Source: Octopus sinensis (taxonomy: Eukaryota). From it: 64,000 bases of DNA. Positions within the stretch are counted from its first letter, which is position 1, and the number at the start of each line of letters is the position of its first letter. The position numbers and the translations under genes are program-made. The stretch spans positions 99,262,001-99,326,000 of the forward strand of contig NC_043006.1 of assembly GCF_006345805.1 (NCBI RefSeq), in the 5' to 3' direction. The notes below the pieces were generated by a model that was not told where the DNA came from, searched no databases, and saw only the letters and a program-made list of their open reading frames with translations. Shown here piece after piece: positions 51,524 through 64,000 of the stretch.

Positions 51524-53244
51524 TGTAGTAGTAGTAGTTGTAGCAACATCGAAAAATACCTTAGGAGTGAAAACCCATGTTCCAAATTTCCCCAAGACAC
51601 CTGATGAATACTGGAGGGTATACCAGTCGAAATGTTGTGTTAATGTGTTAACAACAAACAAGATGAGGACAAAGATCCGTCGAATGTAAATAATATAAAG
51701 AATGTAAAAAATGTACATAATATCTCATCTTTTAAATATAGAACTAAATGAAAAAGGAACTTTAGTAATATGAGTAGGTAGTTGTGAACTTTTCATTTTC
51801 AACGTAATAAAAAAACAAACTATTATAAGCCTCTAGCTAAAATAGTGAAAATAGTGTCATGATACCCTCTTTTCACATCCATTTATGATTTTAACATGGC
51901 CGTTATTTGAAGCATCACTTCAGAAACTGTGCATTTAAAAAAAAAATAATTTATGTGTGCTTGCTATTTGAGAAAATGTGTTGAAATTTTATTTGTGTTT
52001 TTGACTATCATATTTTAAACTGAGTACTAACAGTATAAAATATTTGTAATGCATTTCTGTATACCAATTCAAAAACATCAGCTCTCTCTCATTTGGCTTG
52101 GATGAAAATGACATCGATATCATGAGACAATGCTTGAAAGAATTTATGTATACTTTGTAATCATTATCAATTGCAAAAATACTATTATCTGGAGATCATA
52201 TTTTTCTACACATTTGTTATTTATATATCGTTGTGATTTTCTATGATAATATTAATATCTTGCTTTACGTGTTGCATTTCGAGAAGTGGAAGACATCGTT
52301 AATATAACCACTTATAAGGGCTGTATATGAATGTTCTTGGTGCTCTTGTACGTCATATATTTCGTTCAAGGCTTCAACTTCCCATGCTTATCGTGTAAAA
52401 TCATGGTGGTAAATAATAAATTTGTCTCTTATATTAGTATAATTTTGAAATTATTGTAATTCGAAATTTATATGTAAATTTAAGCCGTCTTGAGACAATT
52501 TTATTTCCGAAATATATATGTTAATGTTTAGTTGCATAATACTCAAAACTCAGTATCACTTATGTTAAGCCATAGTTTACTATACTTTACTACATTAATA
52601 AAATAACTTTATCACCTGTTTATAGTTTTGATATCGTCTGTAGTATTGATATTCCTATGAATATATTGTCGTGATACTGAACATAAGATTTACAAATATT
52701 AGAAATTATGTTACCACAAATATATAGCAGCATGATATATAATTATGATACTATAATTTAATGAACATTTAACTGGAAATCTGAGTTCAAATACCTAAGA
52801 ACCATACGTTTGCAATTCTTGAATATAAAAGTGTCTGCTTCATGAATAGTGCCAATGTTCCAAATCTGAGTCTTGTTATCAAAATTGTTATTGGTTCATT
52901 TAGATGCATTATCTATTAAGCTTAGATCGTCCTAGTTCCAAGTCTGCGCAGTGACATTTTACGCTATGGGTAAGGTCTTTACATTGAGTTATTACATTTG
53001 GTTCCTGGCAGACTTTCCTGTTGTACTGAGAAAAATGCTTTTATTTACGTAATTAATATAAAATATGATGCAATTATTTGTGCATCTCCAAATTTAGTAT
53101 TTCTTATCAAAGTAACGAATTACAATAAATATTAAATTTAGCTAGTCTGCATAATGTTTCAGTATTGTTATAATATATTATAAATAATTGATATATGACT
53201 TATAATTATGGATTTATTGTAACAAAATATATAAGTTTCAAATT

Positions 53245-53440
53245 TTGGAACAAGGTTGGCAAGTTCATAGGAGAGAGGAAGTCTACGCCAGTGCTCAACT
53301 GATGCTTATTTTATCGTAAGCGAAAGGATGACAGTTAAATTCTATCTCGGTGGAATTTGAACACAAAAATTAAAGACGAACGAAATGCCGCTAAGCATTT
53401 TGCTCTGCGTGCTAAGGATTGTAGCAGCTCACTACCTTTT
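53245..53440 (-). mobile_element. degenerate SINE, head C family
   Basis: Minus strand GTGAGCTGCTACAATCCTTAGCACGC...GCTTAGCGGCATTTCGTTCGTC; non-Tx1 tail. Confidence 0.7.
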
Positions 53441-55201
53441 TCTGGTAATATATGTGACACCTCGGAAGAAACAGTGTCCATATACGCATTTCATATTCTT
53501 TCAAAATGTGTATAGATATGTGGAAATTTGTTTCAGATTGACAAAACCATACAACAATCTTTTGTTAAAAGAAATGAGCTGTTGTTTCTGTTGTGATGGG
53601 ATCTGCAATGCCACCTTGCGGCAGATAGACTGGCCCGAGTAAAGTATAAGTAGTAACGATCCAGGTGATTTAGAGGTTCAGAGTTCGGAGTCAAATGAAG
53701 TTCGTGTTATTTCGCAATGAAGTTAGAAGGTGTCGGTTTACAAAGAATATTGATTGTTGGTTCGTAAAGAGATTTGTTAGTCCGTTACATTATGCCAGAA
53801 TACATTTCTGCAGTGACTGTCGAATACTTTAAGGTTAGTCATAATATTGTTATGATTATATCATTAGCGCCCATTCTCTCTTCATAATTTGAATGTAAAC
53901 GTCCTGGGCGTTTCTGTCAGATTGAGTGACTAGTCAAAAAAAAACAAAAGACAACAACAAGTACACTTACGCGGAATGTTGTAGATATTAGTTGAATCGA
54001 ATTCGAATTGTTCAGTTGATGATATGAAGGAAAATCGCTGCAGTACATTACATACGTTGTAATGATTTTAACCAGATGATTGTATATGATTCGTTACAGA
54101 GTACTGTGGAATTTTATATGCTACGATAACTTGATATTAATTATTCATCTATTACAGTACTGATATCAAATTCAACGTAAAGAAAAGGCACTGCAAATGG
54201 AATCTAAGATTTCTTCTCTGTATACACAGAAATCCATGGACTTGATATAGTGCAACACACAATATTTACAGTATGCATGTTAGATGAATAAGTTAATTTT
54301 AATTTAAATGTCACGAAAAATAAACTACAGCATGAAATTACAATGGCAGTGATACGGTAATAAGTATATGGGTGGAGACATTACATTAAAGTGCAAAAGT
54401 GCATAAGGCGATTACATAATTCTTGCATTATAAGTAATATCATTTACACGCTATGCAGAATCAAATAGGCCTCCAACTTATAAACTTTTATAGACTAATC
54501 ACTATCAGCTATACTAACCTTACAGTATCTTCAGTCAAGCAATCGCCCGTATATTCATGAGGCTTAAATACCAAACACCACATCGATGCATTCAAGATTT
54601 TTAAAAAAACTGTTAAATGAAAAGAAGGAAGAGAATAAAAATTAAAATTGGGAATACAAGGTACCGGTATATAATATGAGGAGCATTTATATTTAAAGCC
54701 AATAAGCTCCTAGGGGAAATATAGAGAACAAAAGGCCGTCATGGTTTACTGGAGGACTGAATGTTGACGCCAAATTATTAGTGAATGCCGTGCTTGGAAA
54801 GACCTTTTCTCTCTTGAAATTAACCAAGATCCATATACAGATTATACGAATCAATATCACGCATACGTGTATCTATCAAGTTTTAATTTGATCACAGTTT
54901 ATTGAAGAATAACAAACATTTGGAGTAAATTTATACCAAAGCTTCACCAGATTTATAGATTACGCAGTGCAAATGCTTGACACAATTTGCCCAGAAACAA
55001 AGAATTATTAATGGATTTAACCTTTTGAAAATACAACGATATCTGTCTAAATTTGGTGGATACCCTATCAAAATATCTAGTAGCGTACCCTGAGATAAAC
55101 ACAGCATTTGCGGAAATACTGCCTGCATTTCATACGCATCGCTTGTACAACGAAAGGGCATATTCAAAAATTGACTTTTGAAATGATGATAACTTTTAAT
55201 G

Positions 55202-55930
<729 letters not shown>

Positions 55931-55984
55931 ACGTATGTAGAAGTCGTCATATTTACAGATAATATTCACGTTACTTGTCAGTTT

Positions 55985-56550
55985 TCTTCCCAGGAAAATT
56001 GCATTCGGATTTTTACTTCAAAATGGAGACATAACGAAAACAATAAAATATGTTTATTTATTGACATGAGCATAATATCTCGCCAAAAGAGTTTGATAAG
56101 CTCCGAAAATATGAACATTTGCCAATTGAAATCGAAAAGATGTGGCATTTGAAGACATTTACAATACCAATGATTGTAGGAGCACTCGGAATGATAAAAA
56201 AAGGAACTGAAGATTATTTTAAAGTGATCGCTAGATTTGCATACAAAAGATTGTTTTAACTGCTACGTTACACATCCTGAGAGGAGCATGGTCGCTGTGA
56301 ATTTCCTTTCCTTTTTTCACTTTTATTTTCTTCGCTTACATTTTTGATTTTTGATTTTTTTTTCGCTTTTCGCTCTGACTTTCTCCCCCTTTTTCTCTGC
56401 CACATGTTTTTTCTGAATGAACAATCTGGTGTGTTTATTTTGATGGCATACCAATGTATACAGTGCATTTCTGTGCCTTAGCTTTGAGGAAGACACTCAG
56501 CAAGAAGTGCAAACAGAATTGAAAGAAGATGGTAATGAAAATAATAAGAG
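55985..56550 (+). mobile_element. R4/Dong-type LINE 3' end
   Basis: [29 protein letters not shown] and a 3' UTR homologous to 33555-33945 and 34770-34970. Confidence 0.8.
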
Positions 56551-56639
56551 ATGTAGTACTAGGCAGAGATTCTCATGGATTCTCATCTGAACTGAATTGA
56601 AATGTTAATTACATTGATTTCTGTTCGTTTAAAAGATGG

Positions 56640-56990
56640 GCTACACTAAATATTCTGCTGTAAAACCAGAGATTTGATTGTCACTTGTTTCATCTTAACA
56701 AATTGAGCATGTCCCTTAGTGACTGACGATATGTGCATTTCTGATCACGAGCAGAAATATTTGGGGAGCATCATTGCCATGTGTTTAGAGGAATTATTTG
56801 GAGTTTGGATAATACTTCTTTGGAAACATTGGTGTTTCGTTCAACATCCTTAAACAGAGACCTTTTGAGCAGAATGGGCTACTCGACCTAAAATAACGTT
56901 TTAACTGGGGTCCCACCTGCAAGGTCAAACGCTGTTTATCTTCTTATGAGATCGCCATTTCGCGTACATGTGATTTCAGATATAAACTAA
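56640..56990 (+). repeat. probable interspersed SINE-like repeat fragment
   Basis: Recognised only from memory of octopus-like repeats; no second copy in this window. Confidence 0.35.
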
Positions 56991-57369
56991 ATGAGGTATA
57001 GTTTTCAAAATAGCCACCATTTCTCCACCGGTGTTGCACTGATTGTATCCCTTAGGTGAAGAATCTTTCATCCTGTTAATCATAAACAACTGATACGATG
57101 TCATCATCATTGTGATATTACTTCCCAGCCAAGTATTTTTCTTTTGATGTTGGGTTACAGATAATAGTTAGATAGGCCGACCCAGGAGAATAGGGACGGT
57201 AATCAAGGGGTTCAATGCCAGAAACATGCACAGCAGCCATTGAAACAAGGGTTTGTGTTCTACAACATTGTCATGACAAACAAGGACCCTTTCGTCAATT
57301 TTCCAGGCCGTTCGATAGCTGCCTTATCAAGTTTACATAACTGATTGTTTAGCCTTTCTAAAGATAATC

Positions 57370-58000
57370 AATAAACACAACCGTATGTTATTACCTTCCC
57401 TGCAGATGAAATGACTTTCGCCCTGTTTGGAGCGCTACATTGATTGTCCTTCTTCCCCTCAAAGCGATGAATCCAACATTTATTTTGCGTTAGAAAACGT
57501 TCAAGGACACCAGCTGGATCTGCCTCCAAAAATTCCAAAATGTTTTCGTGATGTGATCTGATATCGGAAAACGTAGCGTCTATCGAGCAGAAAACCTTCG
57601 TCATGCCAATTTCATTGAACAGTATATTCTCAACTCCCTCACGAGTTACGCTAATAGCATTGGCTATTTAATGTATAGCCAGTTGCCTGACAGCTATCAC
57701 CATGTGGTGAACACAGTCTGTTTTCCCCTCGTTGGTGGCAGACAAAGAGCATCGATAACTTAGATCATCTTCACGACTCCGCAAAATTCATCTGCGCACT
57801 TTTGCACTGTTGATAAAGCTGGAATGTTCTTCACTAAAGTAGCCAGCATGTAAGCATGAATTTCCTTGGGGGATAAACCTCTTTTTACACAAGCACATGA
57901 TAACACTGCAATGGTAAATTCTGCCCATTTTAAAGAGAAGTCTCTACTAGTTACGTTTTCTTTGAACAATCAGAGGACTATTTACCAGGAAAGTCACAAC
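57370..58000 (-). mobile_element. mariner transposase remnant (N-terminal half)
   Basis: GLSPKEIHAYMLATL..PALSTVQKCADEF, ERFLTQNKCWIHRFE and AKVISSAGKVI. Confidence 0.75.
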
Positions 58001-59589
58001 GCAGGTATTAATAAGGAGAGTTGAAAGTAATGCAGGCGCGATTTCATTGCTTTATTATCACGCTTCATAATCAGTGTAGAATTTTCAAGTACACAGAACC
58101 TATTTTGCGACACACCAACAATTGTTAACAAAATAGAATTTTGCTCCTCATGTCAGCAATAATAAGGGATTTTATGGGGCCGAATAAAGGAAGTATGATT
58201 TTGTGTTAAATTATTGAATATTAATGAAGCAAATAATTAAAGTTTGGTTTACCAATAACTCGAAGAACGTAAGTTACATAAATATCTACTTTCTAGAAAC
58301 AATTGCGTTTTACTATTTAGCAACAAATGTAGAGCTAAAAAAAGAAATTACCCTGACATGAGAAAATTCGAAACCTAGCGATGTGATGTTTTTGAAGAGA
58401 CAGAAGAGTGGTTGTTAAAGAGATTTTGTTTCTGTTTTTGATAGAGAACTGCATATAGGGAAATATTTAAAAAATGAAACTGAATGAAAAGGAGAGGAAG
58501 AATGGGAGAACAGAACATAGTAAGAAATAGAAAGTCAATGGAATTTTAATGCTTAAAACCTCATCTAATTGAAAATTTGATTGCATTATACTCATGTTCT
58601 AATTATATTTATTTAAATTGAGAATTCGATTAATTAACTGCCGCACAATATACTCGAGTGTTTAATTTTCTAACGAAGTAGTCAATAAATTGCTTTATTT
58701 TTTTCTTTAACTGTTCACTGAAAACATTTTCAAAATGTTGTCGATAATAGCAATAATAGCTAAAGCAAAGAGCATATTGCCAGAGAATGAGATGCTTTCT
58801 AACATGTTGGATATGTCACTGCTTACTGAATGATGCGATAATTATTCGCCCGTTAGTGGATGGGTCAGATCTCGAGAGAAAATATGATTAATGCGTATGG
58901 CGGATTACAAAATAGCTGCAACATTTATGCATGTGTGTCAATCTGAGCGTATAGTTTATAGCTATTCACTGAATAACAACCGAATGTATGAGAAAATATC
59001 TATTTGAATTACATGAAGTGTTGTTACATAATATTATATGCCGAGTAAGAGAAGAAAAATAGTGTTTCTGTGTCTGTATCTGTGTGTAGGTTGGAATATC
59101 GGTGAGATGTGTATTCATATCTATTTTTTTTTTTTAAATGGGGTTGTTGGAATATGTTGCTTTTTGAAAAATATCAGGTACAACCTAAGCAATACATATT
59201 TAGAATTATTTTAGCTTTATTTTTGAAATGTAATCGTACGCGGAGACCACGATTTGAATTTAAATACACATAATTTACTCAGGTCCTTTCTCAAAAGTAC
59301 AACTGATTCTCGACTCAGCGAGCTTGGAAACTCCCTTTCCGCAGCTAGTTCCGGTAAGTACCCTCCAAGAATCACTGAACAAGGCAGGGATACAAATGTA
59401 AAATCCGTAATAGGAGTTTTTGTTCCATTAGTAGCTCCAGGTATTTTGGTTAGATAAACGTAGCTGGCCATCGAGTTAGGCATTGCATTACAACACGTCA
59501 TTCACACCGAACCGCGCACGAAACTTTACACACGCCCATTGTGCCTTTCAGGAGGTTCGATCCAAAATCTAGACAACTCCAGGCTGTGC

Positions 59590-60342
<753 letters not shown>

Positions 60343-62250
60343 TTATCGGAAACAGCGCATTTTAACTGTAGTTCTTTACTTGGGGGGGGGGGAATATGGT
60401 TACTGTTTTGAATATTGCGTAGCAATTGGTGTAATACACTATTACTTTATCATAGTTTTGTTATACTTTTGTTAATATTCCCTATATATGCAGTAACATT
60501 TTATGAAGTTAACTATTAATCGAAGTGGAATGAATTATTCAAAATTAAAATAAGCCATTAACGATTTTACATTGAAATATCAAAATTTGTGATTAGAATT
60601 ACGTCTTAATCTAACTTGTCAAGTAAAAATGAAAGCATCAATCAATTTTTCAGAGCTTTACGATAATGAAAGGTTTGTTTAATGGATTTGCCTAACATGA
60701 TGACAAATTTGGATTTAGATTCCTAACTCTGTTGAAATCCTTTCAGGTTAATGATGAGACTTAAGTATATAATGATAGACTTACAAATACATCTGGCTCA
60801 CATATAATCACTGAAGTTAAGAATATTGCTTTTACTTCAGATAACGAATCAGGCAGTGATAACTTATATAGTATTAAATTTGAACCAATCTGATACGTAA
60901 TGTCTCCTAAATAGAATCTCCCTCACCGTAATTTGGATCCTAGAGAATTAGCTAATTATATGGAGCTTACATGCCAATTAACATGCTATTATAGGGGAAT
61001 ATAAGAAATTCTTGTTCAACTAGCCAATGATTGATATATTTTCTCAAACTTCACTGAAGAAATCTAAGAAATCTAAGTTAAGGAATCTAAGAGTATAAAA
61101 TGTCGCTTAAATGAACTTAGAATTAATAGATGCATTGTAGAGGAAATCATAAATTGTGAGGCTGAGATGTTTCTTAAGATCATTGATGTCTTCGAATCAA
61201 CGAAGATTGGTTGTAAATATCAATAATGCTACGTAACTATTATCCACAAAACGACTTAGAAACTGTGAGTGGTGATAGGAGGAATAGGAACCAATATTTT
61301 GTGCTACAAATCATCATTGAAATCAATCCTATACCTTTCTCAAATATATAAAAGATAGCTTTTTGTTCAAAGGTTAGTAAGTCTTGTCTATAAAAATTAA
61401 CCTCTTCCGTCCGTTCATCGTCGATATACGTTTGAGCTCCCAATATATTATCTAGCATTGCAGTATATTCTAAAATGCAATTACAGTTAGAGATTCGGGT
61501 ATCCCGGAGCAAATTTTAATTAAACTCTTCTTTTGCCCGAAGTGAATTCGAGATGGACTGTGAAACTGGAGGAAACAATGCACTCAAAGAACACATCAGA
61601 TTTTTATGTCGATCTGCGGACACCGTACACAGATTCTGAAGCAGCGCGTTACACCAGCGATGTAATCATGTGAACCAAAAATTCTAGAATATATATTTCT
61701 TCTGATTCTTCAATGATAATCAAACAAGGATTGTCTCTGATTACATTATGATATTTTGCAATATAATATTTTCATTACTGTGGAATGCCATCAAAACTTG
61801 TGATTATCTTCGATAAATATCCTTCTAGATTCGGAAATCTGGTAGGAACCGTGACATTTCATATCACTCACAGACTACTAACAATTAACGTATTGCAGAA
61901 TACTACTTCTTGTAAAGCTATCACAAACATCAAAGCATACCCGCAAACGATTTCATTTACTTGAACTTAAATTTCAAGTAAAGGTGTCTTTCTTTCAAAT
62001 CTTTCATCATTGAAATTGCACAATGTTGACATCAGTTATTACAACCTTTGACACAATGATTGATATGACCTGATGTAGATGATGAAAGACTGAAAGACCT
62101 GTACTCTCATGGATACCTCGACCGTTGCAGGCACGATACACGTTCTGGCTGAGAATGCGATCTCTTAAAACTTCGGATTCTTTCTGGGCATATTGGGGTA
62201 CACACACACATAGATACATACATCTCTATTATCCTTTATTATAAATTCCT

Positions 62251-62309
<59 letters not shown>

Positions 62310-62689
62310 CCGAGACCACTATCTTACGCATACACCACTCCCATACAAACACTCGCATATACCATACTGAGACACACACACGCAATGGCTATTTTTACAC
62401 TCACTTGTGTTAAAAACTGCTTTATATCTCTGAAAGTGCGGTCTCGTCCGTCATGTAACGAGACATGTGCATTTCTTGGAATATTTTTTCCTTTTCCGGA
62501 CCTACACTTTCTCCTCTTTCACACGAAGATCCACGCTCGGAACGTAAAAGCAACAGCAATTATTATTTATTTTCCATATTTACTGATCTTCAGGTTAATA
62601 CATTCCATTTCTACATGTTATTGTCGTCTTGCTATTTTTTATTTTTTATGTTGTCTATACATACGTATATATATATATATATATATATA

Positions 62690-63740
62690 TATCTTTCCAT
62701 GCCTTATTCATAAAATAAGAAGCAGAGCAAATAATGAAAGCTATTGGCTTATCTCTCTAACCTCATACCTAGCATTGTTTTCCACCAGGTATAAGTTGCC
62801 TGATACAATTCTAAAGCACTTCGCTTGGGTATTAAATAAGATTCTCAGCAGCTCGGATATGAACGTGATGTATCTTGACTTTACAAAAGCCTTTTATAAG
62901 TTTATCCATATTGGGATATGTTACAAGAGTGGCTACGCGAGTAGTAGGCAAACGGGCTGCTTCCAAAGAAACACAAATGCTGAGTGATGTGCTACAGGGC
63001 ACTTTCATGGTGTCACTGCTATTCACAGTGGCCCTATTAGACATGTCCTCATCTCCACAGATAGTCACTATCTATAGTAATGCAGTAAATACAAATGTCT
63101 CTCTGAGAGAACAGAGCCCTAGATATTTTGCGCTCCTGCAAGAAGAACTGGACGCAATATACAGGTGCCCTGAGAATAATAGAATGCGGTTTAAAGTTGT
63201 AACATTCCATGTCCTTCGATACCAGCACGTGAAGTTAAATGAAATTGAAAGAAAATATACTGACCCTGGAGAGGTAGTAACCCTTGAACCAAAGTCAATT
63301 CCAGACCTGGAATTCATATACGTAATGATGCCTATTTCCATGTGCATAATACATGATAAAATGTAGTGGGGTTGATGGGATCGATCCTTAGATCATTCAG
63401 AACCAGAGAACAGGAAATGTTCTGAAGAGGACATTGGCTCTCATTCGTTTAGACTACTGCCCCCAACTATGGACACCTCATGATGTAATATAAGGTCGGA
63501 ACTAGCAACGTAGCAGTCATAAAGAAAAGATTACCTCAATGTGACATAATTAGCTAGTGGGAGAAGGGCCAAAAGTTAAAAATCTACAGCCCAGAATGAA
63601 GGCAGAAACAAATATGCAGTGGTAGCCATCTTCAAAATGGCATTAAGTTATATAAGAACTACGGAGATTTTCCCACTGTTAAGTGATGAGCCGTTCTGTT
63701 TCGTATATAGCATCCAATGCCAAAGTTTCGGGCAATTTCT
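62690..63740 (+). mobile_element. CR1-type LINE RT remnant
   Basis: SYWLISLTS, VMYLDFTKAF, SDVLQGT..LLF, NNRMRFK..FHVLRY and RLDYCPQLWTP. Confidence 0.8.
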
Positions 63741-63954
63741 TCAGGATTTTTCAAATGGATATCACTGCATAGACTGAACATATGTTCTGTATCAAGAAAA
63801 AGATGAATGCGTGTTAGTTGCATCATATCTGTAAACATCTACAATAAATGTGCTTATCAAATTATATAATTAAAAGGAAGTAATGTGATACGTATGTATG
63901 ACAATGGAACTGGTCACTAATATTAACTTTCACTAAGAACGTCCCTTGATTCAT

Positions 63955-64000
63955 GTGGTGAGTTGGCAGAAACGTTAGCACGCCAGGCGAAATGCTTAGC
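63955..64000 (+). mobile_element. SINE head C, cut by the window edge
   Basis: GGTGAGTTGGCAGAAACGTTAGCACGCCAGGCGAAATGCTTAGC matches 21637-21684 (-). Confidence 0.85.

Noticed and set aside
59217-59501. 94-aa minus ORF, and a plus-strand 71-bp candidate exon 59283-59353 with a GTAAGT donor
   Set aside because: No recognisable domain and conflicting strand signals.

Overview
AT-rich eukaryotic DNA packed with microsatellites and transposable elements. The SINE families and repeat landscape look like an octopus (coleoid cephalopod) genome; this is an inference from recognition, not from a database search. I cannot identify any host protein-coding gene with confidence. Main contents: (1) a full-length but frameshifted 5.35-kb Tx1-clade (L1-like) LINE at 16270-21620 (-). 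It is inserted with a 16-bp target-site duplication inside a tRNA-headed SINE whose own 3' tail is homologous to the 3' end of that LINE, suggesting a LINE/SINE pair that targets the SINE itself. (2) A decayed Penelope-like element (RT + GIY-YIG) at 49255-51750 whose 3' pseudo-LTR consists of a tRNA-like A/B-box head, a microsatellite and a hammerhead ribozyme motif; ORF-less copies of the same module lie head-to-head at 59590-60342. (3) About 11 hammerhead-like motifs from six unrelated repeat families, including two with a perfect core in an inverted duplication at 45325-46228. (4) A possible HDV-like ribozyme at the start of an RTE 5' UTR fragment. (5) Stacked R4/Dong-type LINE fragments at (TAA)n, plus Tc1/mariner, Helitron, RTE and CR1 remnants and many modular SINEs. 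All structures were read by eye, so boundaries of degenerate elements are approximate.
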